Shown: positions 1 through 8,421 of the stretch, in pieces
Layout of the letters: the number at the start of each line of letters is the position of its first letter
How positions within the stretch are numbered: the stretch's first letter is position 1
From: Armatimonadota bacterium
GTDB taxonomy: Bacteria; Armatimonadota; UBA5829; DTLH01
Direction of reading: 5' to 3'
DNA length: 19,866 bases
NCBI GenBank assembly: GCA_039679675.1
Contig: JBDKUN010000023.1
Span: forward strand, 1 to 19,866
Notes under the pieces: model-generated
Seen by the model: only the letters and a program-made list of their open reading frames with translations
Databases searched by the model: none
What the model was told of the DNA's origin: nothing
Position numbers and translations under genes: made by a program

Positions 1-9
1 GTCGTCCAT
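1..9 (-). CDS. tnpA: First three codons (MDD) of a probable IS200-family Y1/HUH transposase, running off the window
   Basis: AGGAGG-aaaa-ATGGACGAC on the minus strand inside the IS200-like end. Only 3 codons are visible, so identity is inferred from the upstream architecture. Confidence 0.55.
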
Positions 10-127
10 TTTTCCTCCTTTTCAGAAACTTTGTGCGGTTCCTGAAAAAGAATGATGGACGACTCCTGTATATGTCAAACTCTGGGAGTCTCCCCGGCAT
101 AGCCGGGGGTTTACCTTTTTCAATTAG
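1..127 (-). mobile_element. Left end of an IS200/IS605-family (IS200-type) insertion sequence, truncated at the window edge
   Basis: The minus strand shows the layout typical of IS200-group left ends: a subterminal GC hairpin (ccccggc-ata-gccgggg, 92-108), TTGACA (78-73), then a long stem-loop in which gtcgtccat (1-9) pairs with atggacgac (55-63) and encloses an AGGAGG RBS and ATG GAC GAC. The exact left boundary is approximate. Confidence 0.75.
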
Positions 128-162
128 CAGTTTGATGTTGTTTCCCATCGCAATAAGCCACC

Positions 163-191
163 TTGACCCATAGGTGCTCGAATGCTACAAT
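163..191 (+). promoter_or_regulatory. Sigma70-type promoter of the methyltransferase-nuclease operon
   Basis: TTGACC (163-168), 17-bp spacer, TACAAT (186-191), with an extended -10 TG at 183-184. Confidence 0.7.
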
Positions 192-223
192 TCAGAAGTA
201 TTGATAGATAGTTGTGGAGTAAA

Positions 224-1915
224 ATGAAAGATTGTTTAACCACAGAAGTGAATAGTCTTCTGCGTCAGGCGTGCAAAGTTCTTGAGGATATAGTCCAGCG
301 AACAAAAACATCAGGTGTAGAAGAAGTCGAAGAGCTTCTACGAATCAGAACAAAAATACAAGAAGCAATAGCCGAGACTGAATTTCCTGATCAGCAGAAT
401 AAGCTTTCAGTGCTGGATGAGAGTATAAATAAATCAAAAGATATTATTATAGCTGTTTCTGATAACAAACTGGAGAATATTCGAGCAAAAATGAATGGTC
501 AACACCTTGATTGGTGGTGGTATCTTGATAGAGACCGAAGTGTACCCGTGCAATGGGCTTTGGAGGATAAGGCATCCAGTAATACTAGCTACCAAGATGA
601 TATTTCAACTCTTAGAATCGGGCATTCTACAGAACCTCGCGATGCACATTTAACATTGCAACTAATGAATAATGCACAATTCATCTATGAATTGAACCTT
701 GCACGACTTGAGTTATCCGCATTGAATCATGATCCAGAAGTCGAAGTGTTAAGCGACCTACGCCGTATTAGAACAAGACACAATCCCAAAAATGAGAATA
801 TGTTGAGGAATCGCCTTGCTTATTTTAGATCTGTGAATATGGAGGATACAGTATATTTCAGCCTCCAATCATACAACATAACTCGTTCAGTAAATCAGTA
901 TTTGACACATTGGTTTTATCCTTATAAAGGAAAATTTCATCCACAGGTTGTCCGAGCGTTGCTTAATATTCTACAGGTTAAGCGCGAAGATAGTGTGCTT
1001 GATCTCTTTTCGGGTGTTGGTACAACTGCAGTAGAATCAATGCTCCTGGGAATTAACACTATAGGTGTGGATATTTCCCATGTCGCCACCCGTGTTGCTC
1101 GTGCAAAAGTTGAAGCATGGCGTTATATTGACAAGATTAAGGAACAGCTAAATTACAGGCTTGAGAATCCTCCTTTGGATGCAATCAACAATGACGAACA
1201 ACAGTATCTTTTAGATCAGGGTGCGATACAATGGTGTGAGGATGATGAGGTAGATAATTTCTATATTGTTGCAGCTCTTATTGCTGTTAGTGACACAGGC
1301 AGACGAAGACGCGATTTTATTGGATCATACCAAGAACGTTGCATGAAAATGTTGGAATCAATAGATCTGATGAAAAAGGCTATTGAGGATCATGGCATAT
1401 CTATTGGCAAAACTAATATTTATCGTGGTGACGCAAGGAAATTATCAATAGATGATGAAAGCATTGATGCTATAATCACTAGTCCCCCATATTCAATTGC
1501 ATTGAATTATGTGGAAAATGATAAGCATGCATTACAAGCATTAGGTTTGTCCTTGGATACTGTAAAAGAAGATTATATTGGTGTAAGGGGAAGTGGACAG
1601 GCGAAGTTAGAGGCGTATAATCAAGATATGAGGACAGCTATATCTGAGATGACTCGTGTTTTAAAGCCTGGCGGGCGTTGCGCTATAATCATTGGTAATC
1701 CAAAGTTTAGTGGTAAACCAATAGAAGCTGACAGGCTCGTTGATCGCTATTGCCAAGATGCAGGTTTACAGATATTAGAGGATCGAGGCCTTGATTTAAG
1801 TCACAGAATACCAAAAACAGTATATGGTCTTTATAACATGATCACTGAGGAGCAAATACTACTCTTTAAAAAGCCAGGAATCAAAAAAGATAGTGTCTAT
1901 GAAAAAGATCTGTAA
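224..1915 (+). CDS. DNA methyltransferase, probably N4-cytosine (alpha motif order), with an extra N-terminal domain
   Basis: THWFYPYKGKFHPQVVRALL (motif X region), VLDLFSGVGTT (SAM-binding motif I, nt ~1001-1021), GVDIS, a long intervening TRD-like segment, GDARKL, IDAIITSPPY (catalytic motif IV, 1481-1492) and VLKPGG. Start taken as ATG224 after GGAG; TTG212 is the alternative. Confidence 0.85.
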   Translation: MKDCLTTEVNSLLRQACKVLEDIVQRTKTSGVEEVEELLRIRTKIQEAIAETEFPDQQNKLSVLDESINKSKDIIIAVSDNKLENIRAKMNGQHLDWWWYLDRDRSVPVQWALEDKASSNTSYQDDISTLRIGHSTEPRDAHLTLQLMNNAQFIYELNLARLELSALNHDPEVEVLSDLRRIRTRHNPKNENMLRNRLAYFRSVNMEDTVYFSLQSYNITRSVNQYLTHWFYPYKGKFHPQVVRALLNILQVKREDSVLDLFSGVGTTAVESMLLGINTIGVDISHVATRVARAKVEAWRYIDKIKEQLNYRLENPPLDAINNDEQQYLLDQGAIQWCEDDEVDNFYIVAALIAVSDTGRRRRDFIGSYQERCMKMLESIDLMKKAIEDHGISIGKTNIYRGDARKLSIDDESIDAIITSPPYSIALNYVENDKHALQALGLSLDTVKEDYIGVRGSGQAKLEAYNQDMRTAISEMTRVLKPGGRCAIIIGNPKFSGKPIEADRLVDRYCQDAGLQILEDRGLDLSHRIPKTVYGLYNMITEEQILLFKKPGIKKDSVYEKDL

Positions 1916-2543
1916 TCTTACATCTGATGAGATAAATGAACTAGTTGAAGGTGTTCGTGAAGGATTCCGAGAGGTGCAGTTTTTTGATCGCTTCCTAAGT
2001 GCATTTATTTTTGATGTACGTGCGCGCGCGACTAGCCCAGTCGATTTGTTCTTATCGATTCTAGAAAAGCGTGTCGATAATTTAACAACTATTGAGCCTC
2101 TCGCAGATTTCCTTGCGAACGATGATGAATATAGCAATAAAATAAGGCATGAATGGGCTTCATTAATGCGAAAAAACAGACTTCATGGTCATATTCTAGC
2201 GAGCCTTACTGCTCTTTGTGTCGAGGCATATCTGCAAAATGGAAAGTTCTTTAGTAAGGGTATAGGGTCAAACGATCTTGTTCGTATTAGTGATAGTGCA
2301 AGATGGGAAATCAAAGGTTCTCGTTCTAACAGCATGAGATTTACGATAAATCAATCGCACAAAGATGTTGATGCTACTACATTTCTTGTTTATAGCGGCC
2401 ATGCTGAAAAAAATATTGTTTATGGAATTTATTATCTATGTGGATGCGACAAATACTTTTCTCCAAGAAAGCCAGGGCAAAACTTACGTAGGCTTCTTTC
2501 TGAATACGAAGATCAAATGGTGAAGTTGTATCCGTCTGGCTAG
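1899..2543 (+). CDS. Putative PD-(D/E)XK restriction endonuclease (hypothetical protein)
   Basis: Overlaps the MTase 3' end by 17 bp (GTG1893 is an alternative start). Contains SND-x8-WEIKGS (2271-2315), fitting a PD-(D/E)XK catalytic signature. Same AT-rich composition as the MTase. Confidence 0.6.
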   Translation: MKKICNLTSDEINELVEGVREGFREVQFFDRFLSAFIFDVRARATSPVDLFLSILEKRVDNLTTIEPLADFLANDDEYSNKIRHEWASLMRKNRLHGHILASLTALCVEAYLQNGKFFSKGIGSNDLVRISDSARWEIKGSRSNSMRFTINQSHKDVDATTFLVYSGHAEKNIVYGIYYLCGCDKYFSPRKPGQNLRRLLSEYEDQMVKLYPSG

Positions 2544-2561
2544 TAATCTGTAAAGTTGATT

Positions 2562-2635
2562 ATGTCATTCTGAACGCAGTGAAGAATCTCAAAATGTCGG
2601 ACAGTTGAGATCCTTCGCTTCGCTCAGGATGACAT
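2562..2635. repeat. REP/MITE-like palindromic element (GTCATTCTGA...GAATCT / AGATCC...TCAGGATGAC type)
   Basis: Imperfect inverted repeat: atgtcattctgaacgcagtgaagaatctc, a 16-nt spacer, then gagatccttcgcttcgctcaggatgacat. It resembles the widespread GTCAT-capped palindromic repeats. Confidence 0.75.
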
Positions 2636-2707
2636 GCTATTAGTTTATTGATTATCTTTATAAATAATTCCAGCTCTCCAAAATTGAATCCTCGATAATA
2701 GTGTTGA

Positions 2708-2734
2708 TATAAGTAAGCTGCATACTTACTTATA
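2708..2734 (-). terminator. Hairpin just downstream of the GH129 gene, possible terminator
   Basis: Perfect 10-bp inverted repeat tataagtaag-ctgcata-cttacttata, 8 nt after the stop at 2743. It is AT-rich and has no clear U-tract. Confidence 0.4.
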
Positions 2735-2742
2735 CCGGTATC

Positions 2743-4674
2743 TTATTGTTCAGTCATCACCCAGTCCAATTCTTCTTTGGTCAGTTCAGGTGTGATTTCC
2801 ACCGTATCGGTGTCAAAATCGACTATAACGGTCGTTCCATCCGCAAATGTTGTCTTTTGTCTGCGGCGATTCGAATCAAGATACTCGTGCTTTATCATCT
2901 CAAGCAGTCCCACGCGCTTGTTCAGCCCGCAAGCCATGCGAACCCGGCTTAACTGCTCCTCTGGCAAGTCAGGAGAAATGTACGGCAGCCCTGCCTGCAG
3001 CATGCATTGCAGGTAACCTTTAGGTTCTTTTCCCTTAGGCCATGGTATGAATATCGAATCGTGATACACCATGCTGATGAGAGGTATTGGAATCCCCATA
3101 GTTGGGCCCTCTCCAGGTCCTGGGTGATCTTCCGCATAGGGTGCGTGATGCACCAGATCAAGATGTGGAATTGCCCAGTCGGTCGGTTCTTCAGAACTTA
3201 CCATGCCGACTCTGGAACTGACAAAATCGAAGCATTCAGCTCTATATTTGAGGCAATCCGCGCGGGACATCGGATGATTTGGGTCATAACACTCATCTCC
3301 CGGCACGATAGAGAAAACATCGAGGTATGCTCCCTTCAACTTTATGCCATGACGAAGTATTTCGCTGTGGTTTCTGGTCACATAAGCAGGCGAAAAGCTG
3401 GTGCACAGTATGCTCTGCGGTCCACCGGTCCATGTAGCCTCGTACGGATGGCTTCCGTCTTCGTTGGTGATGCTTCGATCCGGATCATAAGAAGCTGCAT
3501 CAAGGTAGTAGTCTCGGTAGTTGTCATGGATCGCATATACAAATCCAAGCTCATCGCATACGTCCGCGTATTTCCTCATACCATCCCAGCCGCCGGCTTC
3601 AGGAGACGGAGGAAGAATATCAGGGTGCTGATTATCGTAACCACGGTATCCCCAGCCGTCCTGATGGATATAGAGCCTTTTGATTCCCTGTGCAGCTATG
3701 CTTTTTATCTCTTCTGTTCGATCGATAAAGTTGTGAGTCCTGTCATTTGCTGCCGGATCATCCTTTACGTAATAATACGACTTGGGATTACAATGCCATG
3801 CGATGAAATCAGTGTGGAAAACGGGTGATCCGATGAGTTTTTCAAGAAGAGGCTTGCGTGCCATCTTTTCTTCAAGTGAAACCAACCGTCCCTTGTCTTT
3901 CACATACTGTCTGTAGCGCTTTGCCATATCGACATAGCTGCCATTATCGATAAAGCACATCCGCAGTTGCCGGACATAATTCATCCTGCCGAGGGAGTGG
4001 ACCCATTTGGATTCTATGAAAGTAGGCCCTCCGGCGGGATGTGTGAAATTGCATCCGACGTCATCAGGCGTTTCGAATATGACTAAAACAGATGAATTGC
4101 CCTTCTGGTGTCCCCACCAGGGCATACCGAGCCCTCTTCCGTAACATGTGCTCGGTTCATGCAGCCATGCTTTTTTCGGCCAGTCGTTTGGAAGAAGCAT
4201 CCCCTGCATGAAGGGGACAACCGTGAAGTTGTTTTCCTCCGGATTGAATGCTTTAGGCCAACGGCATTTTTCAATTACAGTCGCAGACTCTTTCGGTACA
4301 ATGCTGAAGACAAGGTCTTCGTTTGTGCCGTCCAAAGCGACGATAAGCTGCATCTCGAAGTCCAGATCATTGCCATTGTGCTTAAAACCGCCCAGTTCGA
4401 CCTTCAATCCGGTTGCTGCTCCGGTGTCATACCGTGAAATATCGATCTTACCGGCGTCCATTAGGCTGAGGGAGAAACTTTCTCCGCCATGTGCCACTGT
4501 CAGGTCCATTTCATTGGCTGGAAGCATGTTCCATTTGCTTGTTCCGCTCTCGACAGTCATCCCGAAGTCAGCGCTGTCAAGAACGACGGTGTGCAGCTTT
4601 CCGGTAATCATCCATTTGCTGCCGTCCTCTCGGACCGATATAGCTTTACTTGATAGATAATCCGCTGGTTTCAT
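2743..4674 (-). CDS. Glycoside hydrolase family 129 (DUF5696-like; alpha-N-acetylgalactosaminidase-like), cytoplasmic
   Basis: 643 aa with VVPFMQGMLLP, YIHQDGWGYRGYDNQHPD, AIHDNYRDYY, GAYLDVF and SSEEP motifs characteristic of GH129/GH101-type (beta/alpha)8 enzymes. No signal peptide. GAGG RBS upstream. Confidence 0.8.
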   Translation of the reverse strand: MKPADYLSSKAISVREDGSKWMITGKLHTVVLDSADFGMTVESGTSKWNMLPANEMDLTVAHGGESFSLSLMDAGKIDISRYDTGAATGLKVELGGFKHNGNDLDFEMQLIVALDGTNEDLVFSIVPKESATVIEKCRWPKAFNPEENNFTVVPFMQGMLLPNDWPKKAWLHEPSTCYGRGLGMPWWGHQKGNSSVLVIFETPDDVGCNFTHPAGGPTFIESKWVHSLGRMNYVRQLRMCFIDNGSYVDMAKRYRQYVKDKGRLVSLEEKMARKPLLEKLIGSPVFHTDFIAWHCNPKSYYYVKDDPAANDRTHNFIDRTEEIKSIAAQGIKRLYIHQDGWGYRGYDNQHPDILPPSPEAGGWDGMRKYADVCDELGFVYAIHDNYRDYYLDAASYDPDRSITNEDGSHPYEATWTGGPQSILCTSFSPAYVTRNHSEILRHGIKLKGAYLDVFSIVPGDECYDPNHPMSRADCLKYRAECFDFVSSRVGMVSSEEPTDWAIPHLDLVHHAPYAEDHPGPGEGPTMGIPIPLISMVYHDSIFIPWPKGKEPKGYLQCMLQAGLPYISPDLPEEQLSRVRMACGLNKRVGLLEMIKHEYLDSNRRRQKTTFADGTTVIVDFDTDTVEITPELTKEELDWVMTEQ

Positions 4675-4695
4675 ATTACCTCTTGTGTCTAATAT

Positions 4696-5682
4696 TTACT
4701 GTCCGATGCTGTGCTCGACCATCATTCCGATGAAGTAGCCGGCAGCACCCATAAGCAATGCGCCCATGACGCCTTGAAAAATGACCATTCCAATATCAGC
4801 GCCTCTAATAAGTGCGGGGACACCATTTACGAGAAGCCCCAGCAAAAGGCCGGTTTTAGCTCCAGTCATATCATCGCCGCAGGTATATCCGACCCAGAAC
4901 CCGACTATAGCGCCAAGAATGACTCCTTCTATCAACAGATAGGGGATGTTCATTGAAAACATAAAGAACCTTAACAGGAAACCTGCTCCCAAAAGTCCTA
5001 TTGGCCCGGCAATTATACCATAGATTATCCCTGCTTTCATCATACTGTGCTGTGCTTGCCGGGCTTTCGCATCGGCTTCTCTTGTTCTAGCCTCAAAGAC
5101 ACTCAGGTCAGGGAGCCGAGGGCCTGTCGGCATCGGCGCAGTTGGTATACCTACAGGTTGAAGATTATCCAGCGGGGTATGAGACGTCTGGACGCTGCCG
5201 GAAACTGCTCCGCCGAGGTCAGCAGGCATATGAGTAACCGGCTGTGCAGTTGCTGCAGAATCTGCCTGATTACCCATAATAGTAGGATCCGCTTGTTTCT
5301 GGTCAACAACCTGCGTTGCTTCCAGATTGCCAAGCCTGTTCAGCGCCTCTGCGGCGGCCGGGTATGATGGGTCCATTGCGGCGGCAAGTTGGTACTCGGC
5401 AAGAGCTTCTCTCAGTCGATTTGATTGCTCATATGCTTTCCCAAGGTTGTAATGGCTACGAGCGCTTGGTTCTATTGCGACGCACCGCTCAAATGCGGCG
5501 ATTGACATACCACGGTCTCCGGACTGGGCATAAGCCGCGCCGAGTATTGAATACAATTTAGCATCGTCAGGGTATGCCTCCAGAGCTTTTTCTGCACATT
5601 TGATGCAGTCCTGCAGCTTTCCATCACGAAAAAGCTGCATTGCGATGTCCGTTGAAGCAGGTCCTGTATAATCATTACTCAT
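4696..5682 (-). CDS. TPR-containing membrane protein (N-terminal TPRs, Pro/Gln/Thr linker, about 4 C-terminal Gly-rich TM helices)
   Basis: TPR consensus (LYSILGAAYAQSGD..AIAAFERCVAIEP; SHYNLGKAYEQ..ALAEYQLAAAMDP), a low-complexity linker and a hydrophobic C-terminus. GGAGGT RBS. 21-bp gap to the GH129 gene. Confidence 0.85.
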   Translation of the reverse strand: MSNDYTGPASTDIAMQLFRDGKLQDCIKCAEKALEAYPDDAKLYSILGAAYAQSGDRGMSIAAFERCVAIEPSARSHYNLGKAYEQSNRLREALAEYQLAAAMDPSYPAAAEALNRLGNLEATQVVDQKQADPTIMGNQADSAATAQPVTHMPADLGGAVSGSVQTSHTPLDNLQPVGIPTAPMPTGPRLPDLSVFEARTREADAKARQAQHSMMKAGIIYGIIAGPIGLLGAGFLLRFFMFSMNIPYLLIEGVILGAIVGFWVGYTCGDDMTGAKTGLLLGLLVNGVPALIRGADIGMVIFQGVMGALLMGAAGYFIGMMVEHSIGQ

Positions 5683-5988
5683 CTTCCCGACACCTCCGAA
5701 AGGTTTCCGGCAATAACATTATGCGATTAGACCTTGACTGAACAGCCGGAATTTAGTAAGTTTTACTGGAATTGATTTCGATATTCGATGGTGAACATCC
5801 TTCAAATGAACATAAATACTTTAGATGGAGTAATCGATGTGTCAGCAGTGAGATGGCTAGCGGCAATGTTAACAATATATCTCTGAAATGTACTGCATAA
5901 AACGCAGCAATTTATCACGATGTGATGTCTCATTTATATAGGGATTCTGATGAAGGGCGTCCCCAACGAATACAAGGAGGAAAGTGCA

Positions 5989-6888
5989 ATGCGGTCATTC
6001 GCAATCAAGCTTGTTGTTATATGCCTGATAGTCCTCTCGGCCCCGCTGTACGCGCAGACCACCACACCGAGCAACGGTAATGAGGATAAAGCGAAAGAAT
6101 TATACCTCAATGGAGAGAAAGCTTATAACGAAGGTAATCTGGAAGCGGCAATAATTACCTGGAACAAGTCTCTTGAGTTGAATCCGAACAGTGATGAGAC
6201 TAAGAAATCCGTTGCAAAAGCGAAGGATGAACTCTACAAAAAAACGATAGATTTTTGTAATGATCCCCAACAGAAGGATTTGGTCACTGCATTTATTAAC
6301 CTGGTCAGAATACAATCACTACTACCTGAGAAGGCGACTGAATTACAGGGGAAAGCAAAAGAAGTTCTTGACAAGTTTGGTGATGATCAGAAACGAGCCG
6401 TCGCATATTATCAAGAATCTGTAAGGAAGGCTAATGCGGGAGATTTTAACGGTGCAGCCCAAAATGCATCTATGGCAAAGATATATGCTCCTGACTCGAC
6501 TGCCGTAATAAAGCTGGCCGATACTGTAAAAAGTCTGCAGGAAAAGGCAAAGGCGGAGGGCTCAAACACTCAGCCTACGGCTGGAACGTCTCATATAGGC
6601 ATTAATAACGGCAAACCGAACCTGGTAATATTCTATGCGGACTGGTGTTCGACACATGCGAAAATGGTTCCGATGTTCAAGGAGCTGCAGGCGCAGTACA
6701 AAGACAAGGTAAATATTCTTTTTATCGACGTTGATAATCAATCGAATATAGAAATCCTGAAAAAAGACCCAATTCAAGGTGTTCCGCTTCAGATTATCTA
6801 CGACAAAGATCAAAAAGAAGTTTTCAGCCACCTGGGTGAAATAACGAAGGATCAACTGGTAGCCGAGCTGAACAAAGTAGCCGGATAA
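5989..6888 (+). CDS. Secreted TPR + thioredoxin-fold protein with a non-canonical WCSTH active-site motif
   Basis: AAGGAGG then ATG5989. Signal peptide MRSFAIKLVVICLIVLSAPLYA, TPR helices (AKELYLNGEKAYNEGNLEAAIITWNKSLELNP), and a C-terminal Trx fold (KPNLVIFYADWCSTH...VNILFIDVD...IQGVP). Confidence 0.85.
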   Translation: MRSFAIKLVVICLIVLSAPLYAQTTTPSNGNEDKAKELYLNGEKAYNEGNLEAAIITWNKSLELNPNSDETKKSVAKAKDELYKKTIDFCNDPQQKDLVTAFINLVRIQSLLPEKATELQGKAKEVLDKFGDDQKRAVAYYQESVRKANAGDFNGAAQNASMAKIYAPDSTAVIKLADTVKSLQEKAKAEGSNTQPTAGTSHIGINNGKPNLVIFYADWCSTHAKMVPMFKELQAQYKDKVNILFIDVDNQSNIEILKKDPIQGVPLQIIYDKDQKEVFSHLGEITKDQLVAELNKVAG

Positions 6889-6911
6889 TCAGTCTGAAAG
6901 TAGTTTGATAA

Positions 6912-6972
6912 GCTGCGGGAATTAGCTTAATAGAAATACGGAAGATTATTCCAAATCTGCTGTTCCCGCAGC
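6912..6972. terminator. Inverted repeat between convergent genes, possible terminator or RNA structure
   Basis: gctgcgggaa (6912-6921) and ttcccgcagc (6963-6972) are perfect 10-bp arms around a 41-nt spacer. No U-tract. Confidence 0.35.
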
Positions 6973-7011
6973 ATCTGAATCCTCAACTTCGGCCACTTGC
7001 CTTAAATTTCG

Positions 7012-8421
7012 TCAGTTCGTTCTTCTCCAGATGGTCCCCTCAGGCCGGTCTTCTATTGTAATTCCGGCAGAAGCCAACTCGTTCCGAATCTCATCCGCCC
7101 TGGTCCAGTTTTTCTCTTTTCTTGCTGTTTCTCTTTCGACGATAAGGGCTACAAACTCCGGTTCCAGTTCCGTTTCCTGTGCTGATGCTGCTGATTCGTG
7201 CAACTTTAGCCCAAATACTTTATCGAAGTCATACAGAGCACCAAGAACTCCGAACTCCTGTCTGGTGTTGGCTTCCTTTATCATTTCCCAGGTTACTGCA
7301 ATAGCCCGCGGAATATTGAGGTCATCGTTTATTGCTTCTTTGAACCGTTCGCGATACTCGCTGACCCATGGTTCTTCTGTTCCTTTTGCCCGGCTGGCGA
7401 GGTCAACAAATGCTTTCAGGCGATTATAACCGGCCTGCGCCGCATCGAGTGATTCCCAGGTAAAGTTCAGTTTAGATCGATAATGCACCTGCAAACATAG
7501 ATACCTGTATGCAAGAGGATCATATTTCCGGTCTATAAGCGACTGAAGAGTGAGGAACCCACTGGCGGATTTTGCCATCTTTTCACCACCGCCGGCTATA
7601 AGAAACTCGCCATGAAGCCAGTAATGAGCGAACTGCCTGCCTGTTACAGCTTCGCTTTGGGCTATTTCGTTCGTGTGGTGGACCGGTATATGGTCGATTC
7701 CACCCGTGTGGATGTCAAGAGTATCGCCAAGGTAATGCATAGACATGGCGGAGCACTCTATATGCCAACCAGGGAAACCCATGCCCCAGGGTGAATCCCA
7801 CTGCATCAGATGGTTTTCGAACCTTCCGACAGCTTTGAACCAGAGTGCAAAATCGGCAGGATTACGCTTATTCTTATCTTCCTGAACCTCTGCTCTGGCA
7901 GCAGTCATCTTTTCTTCCAGTGATTGGCCTGCAAGCGCTGTGTATGTCGGGAACTTGGTAACATCGAAATAGACTGCCTGGTCTGTCTCGTATGTATAGC
8001 CCCGTTCCTGAAGCCGCTTAACCAGGTCGATCATCATTTGTATGTGCTCAGTCGCACGGGCAACCACATTAGGCCGCTGGATATTCAATTTCTCGGCGTC
8101 TTTGAAGAACGCATCTTCATAGAACCTGGCAATGTCCCAGATGGACTTTCCCTCCCGGCGGGCTCCGGCATCCATCTTGTCTTCGCCGATGTCATCATCG
8201 GAAGTAAGATGACCTACATCGGTTACGTTCATTACATGCTTGACTTCGTAACCTTCATGTTCGAAAGCACGACGCAGAATATCAGCAAATATATAGGTGC
8301 GCAGGTTGCCGATATGCGCGTAATTGTAGACGGTGGGCCCGCAGGAGTAGATTCCCACCTTTCCCGGTTTGAGGGGTATAAATTCTTCTTTATTGCGTGT
8401 AAGTGAGTTATACAGTAGCAT
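7012..8421 (-). CDS. cysS: Cysteine--tRNA ligase
   Basis: [15 protein letters not shown] (HIGH motif), [35 protein letters not shown] (KMSKS variant), and a C-terminal [13 protein letters not shown] anticodon domain. Confidence 0.98.
   Translation of the reverse strand: MLLYNSLTRNKEEFIPLKPGKVGIYSCGPTVYNYAHIGNLRTYIFADILRRAFEHEGYEVKHVMNVTDVGHLTSDDDIGEDKMDAGARREGKSIWDIARFYEDAFFKDAEKLNIQRPNVVARATEHIQMMIDLVKRLQERGYTYETDQAVYFDVTKFPTYTALAGQSLEEKMTAARAEVQEDKNKRNPADFALWFKAVGRFENHLMQWDSPWGMGFPGWHIECSAMSMHYLGDTLDIHTGGIDHIPVHHTNEIAQSEAVTGRQFAHYWLHGEFLIAGGGEKMAKSASGFLTLQSLIDRKYDPLAYRYLCLQVHYRSKLNFTWESLDAAQAGYNRLKAFVDLASRAKGTEEPWVSEYRERFKEAINDDLNIPRAIAVTWEMIKEANTRQEFGVLGALYDFDKVFGLKLHESAASAQETELEPEFVALIVERETARKEKNWTRADEIRNELASAGITIEDRPEGTIWRRTN

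Noticed and set aside
3007..3828. 273-aa plus-strand ORF
   Set aside because: Entirely antisense to the well-supported GH129 gene, with no recognisable motifs; a shadow ORF.
7568..7582. KMAKS instead of KMSKS in CysRS
   Set aside because: A conservative variation of a class I synthetase motif. All other catalytic and Zn-ligand motifs are intact, so it is not considered unusual.
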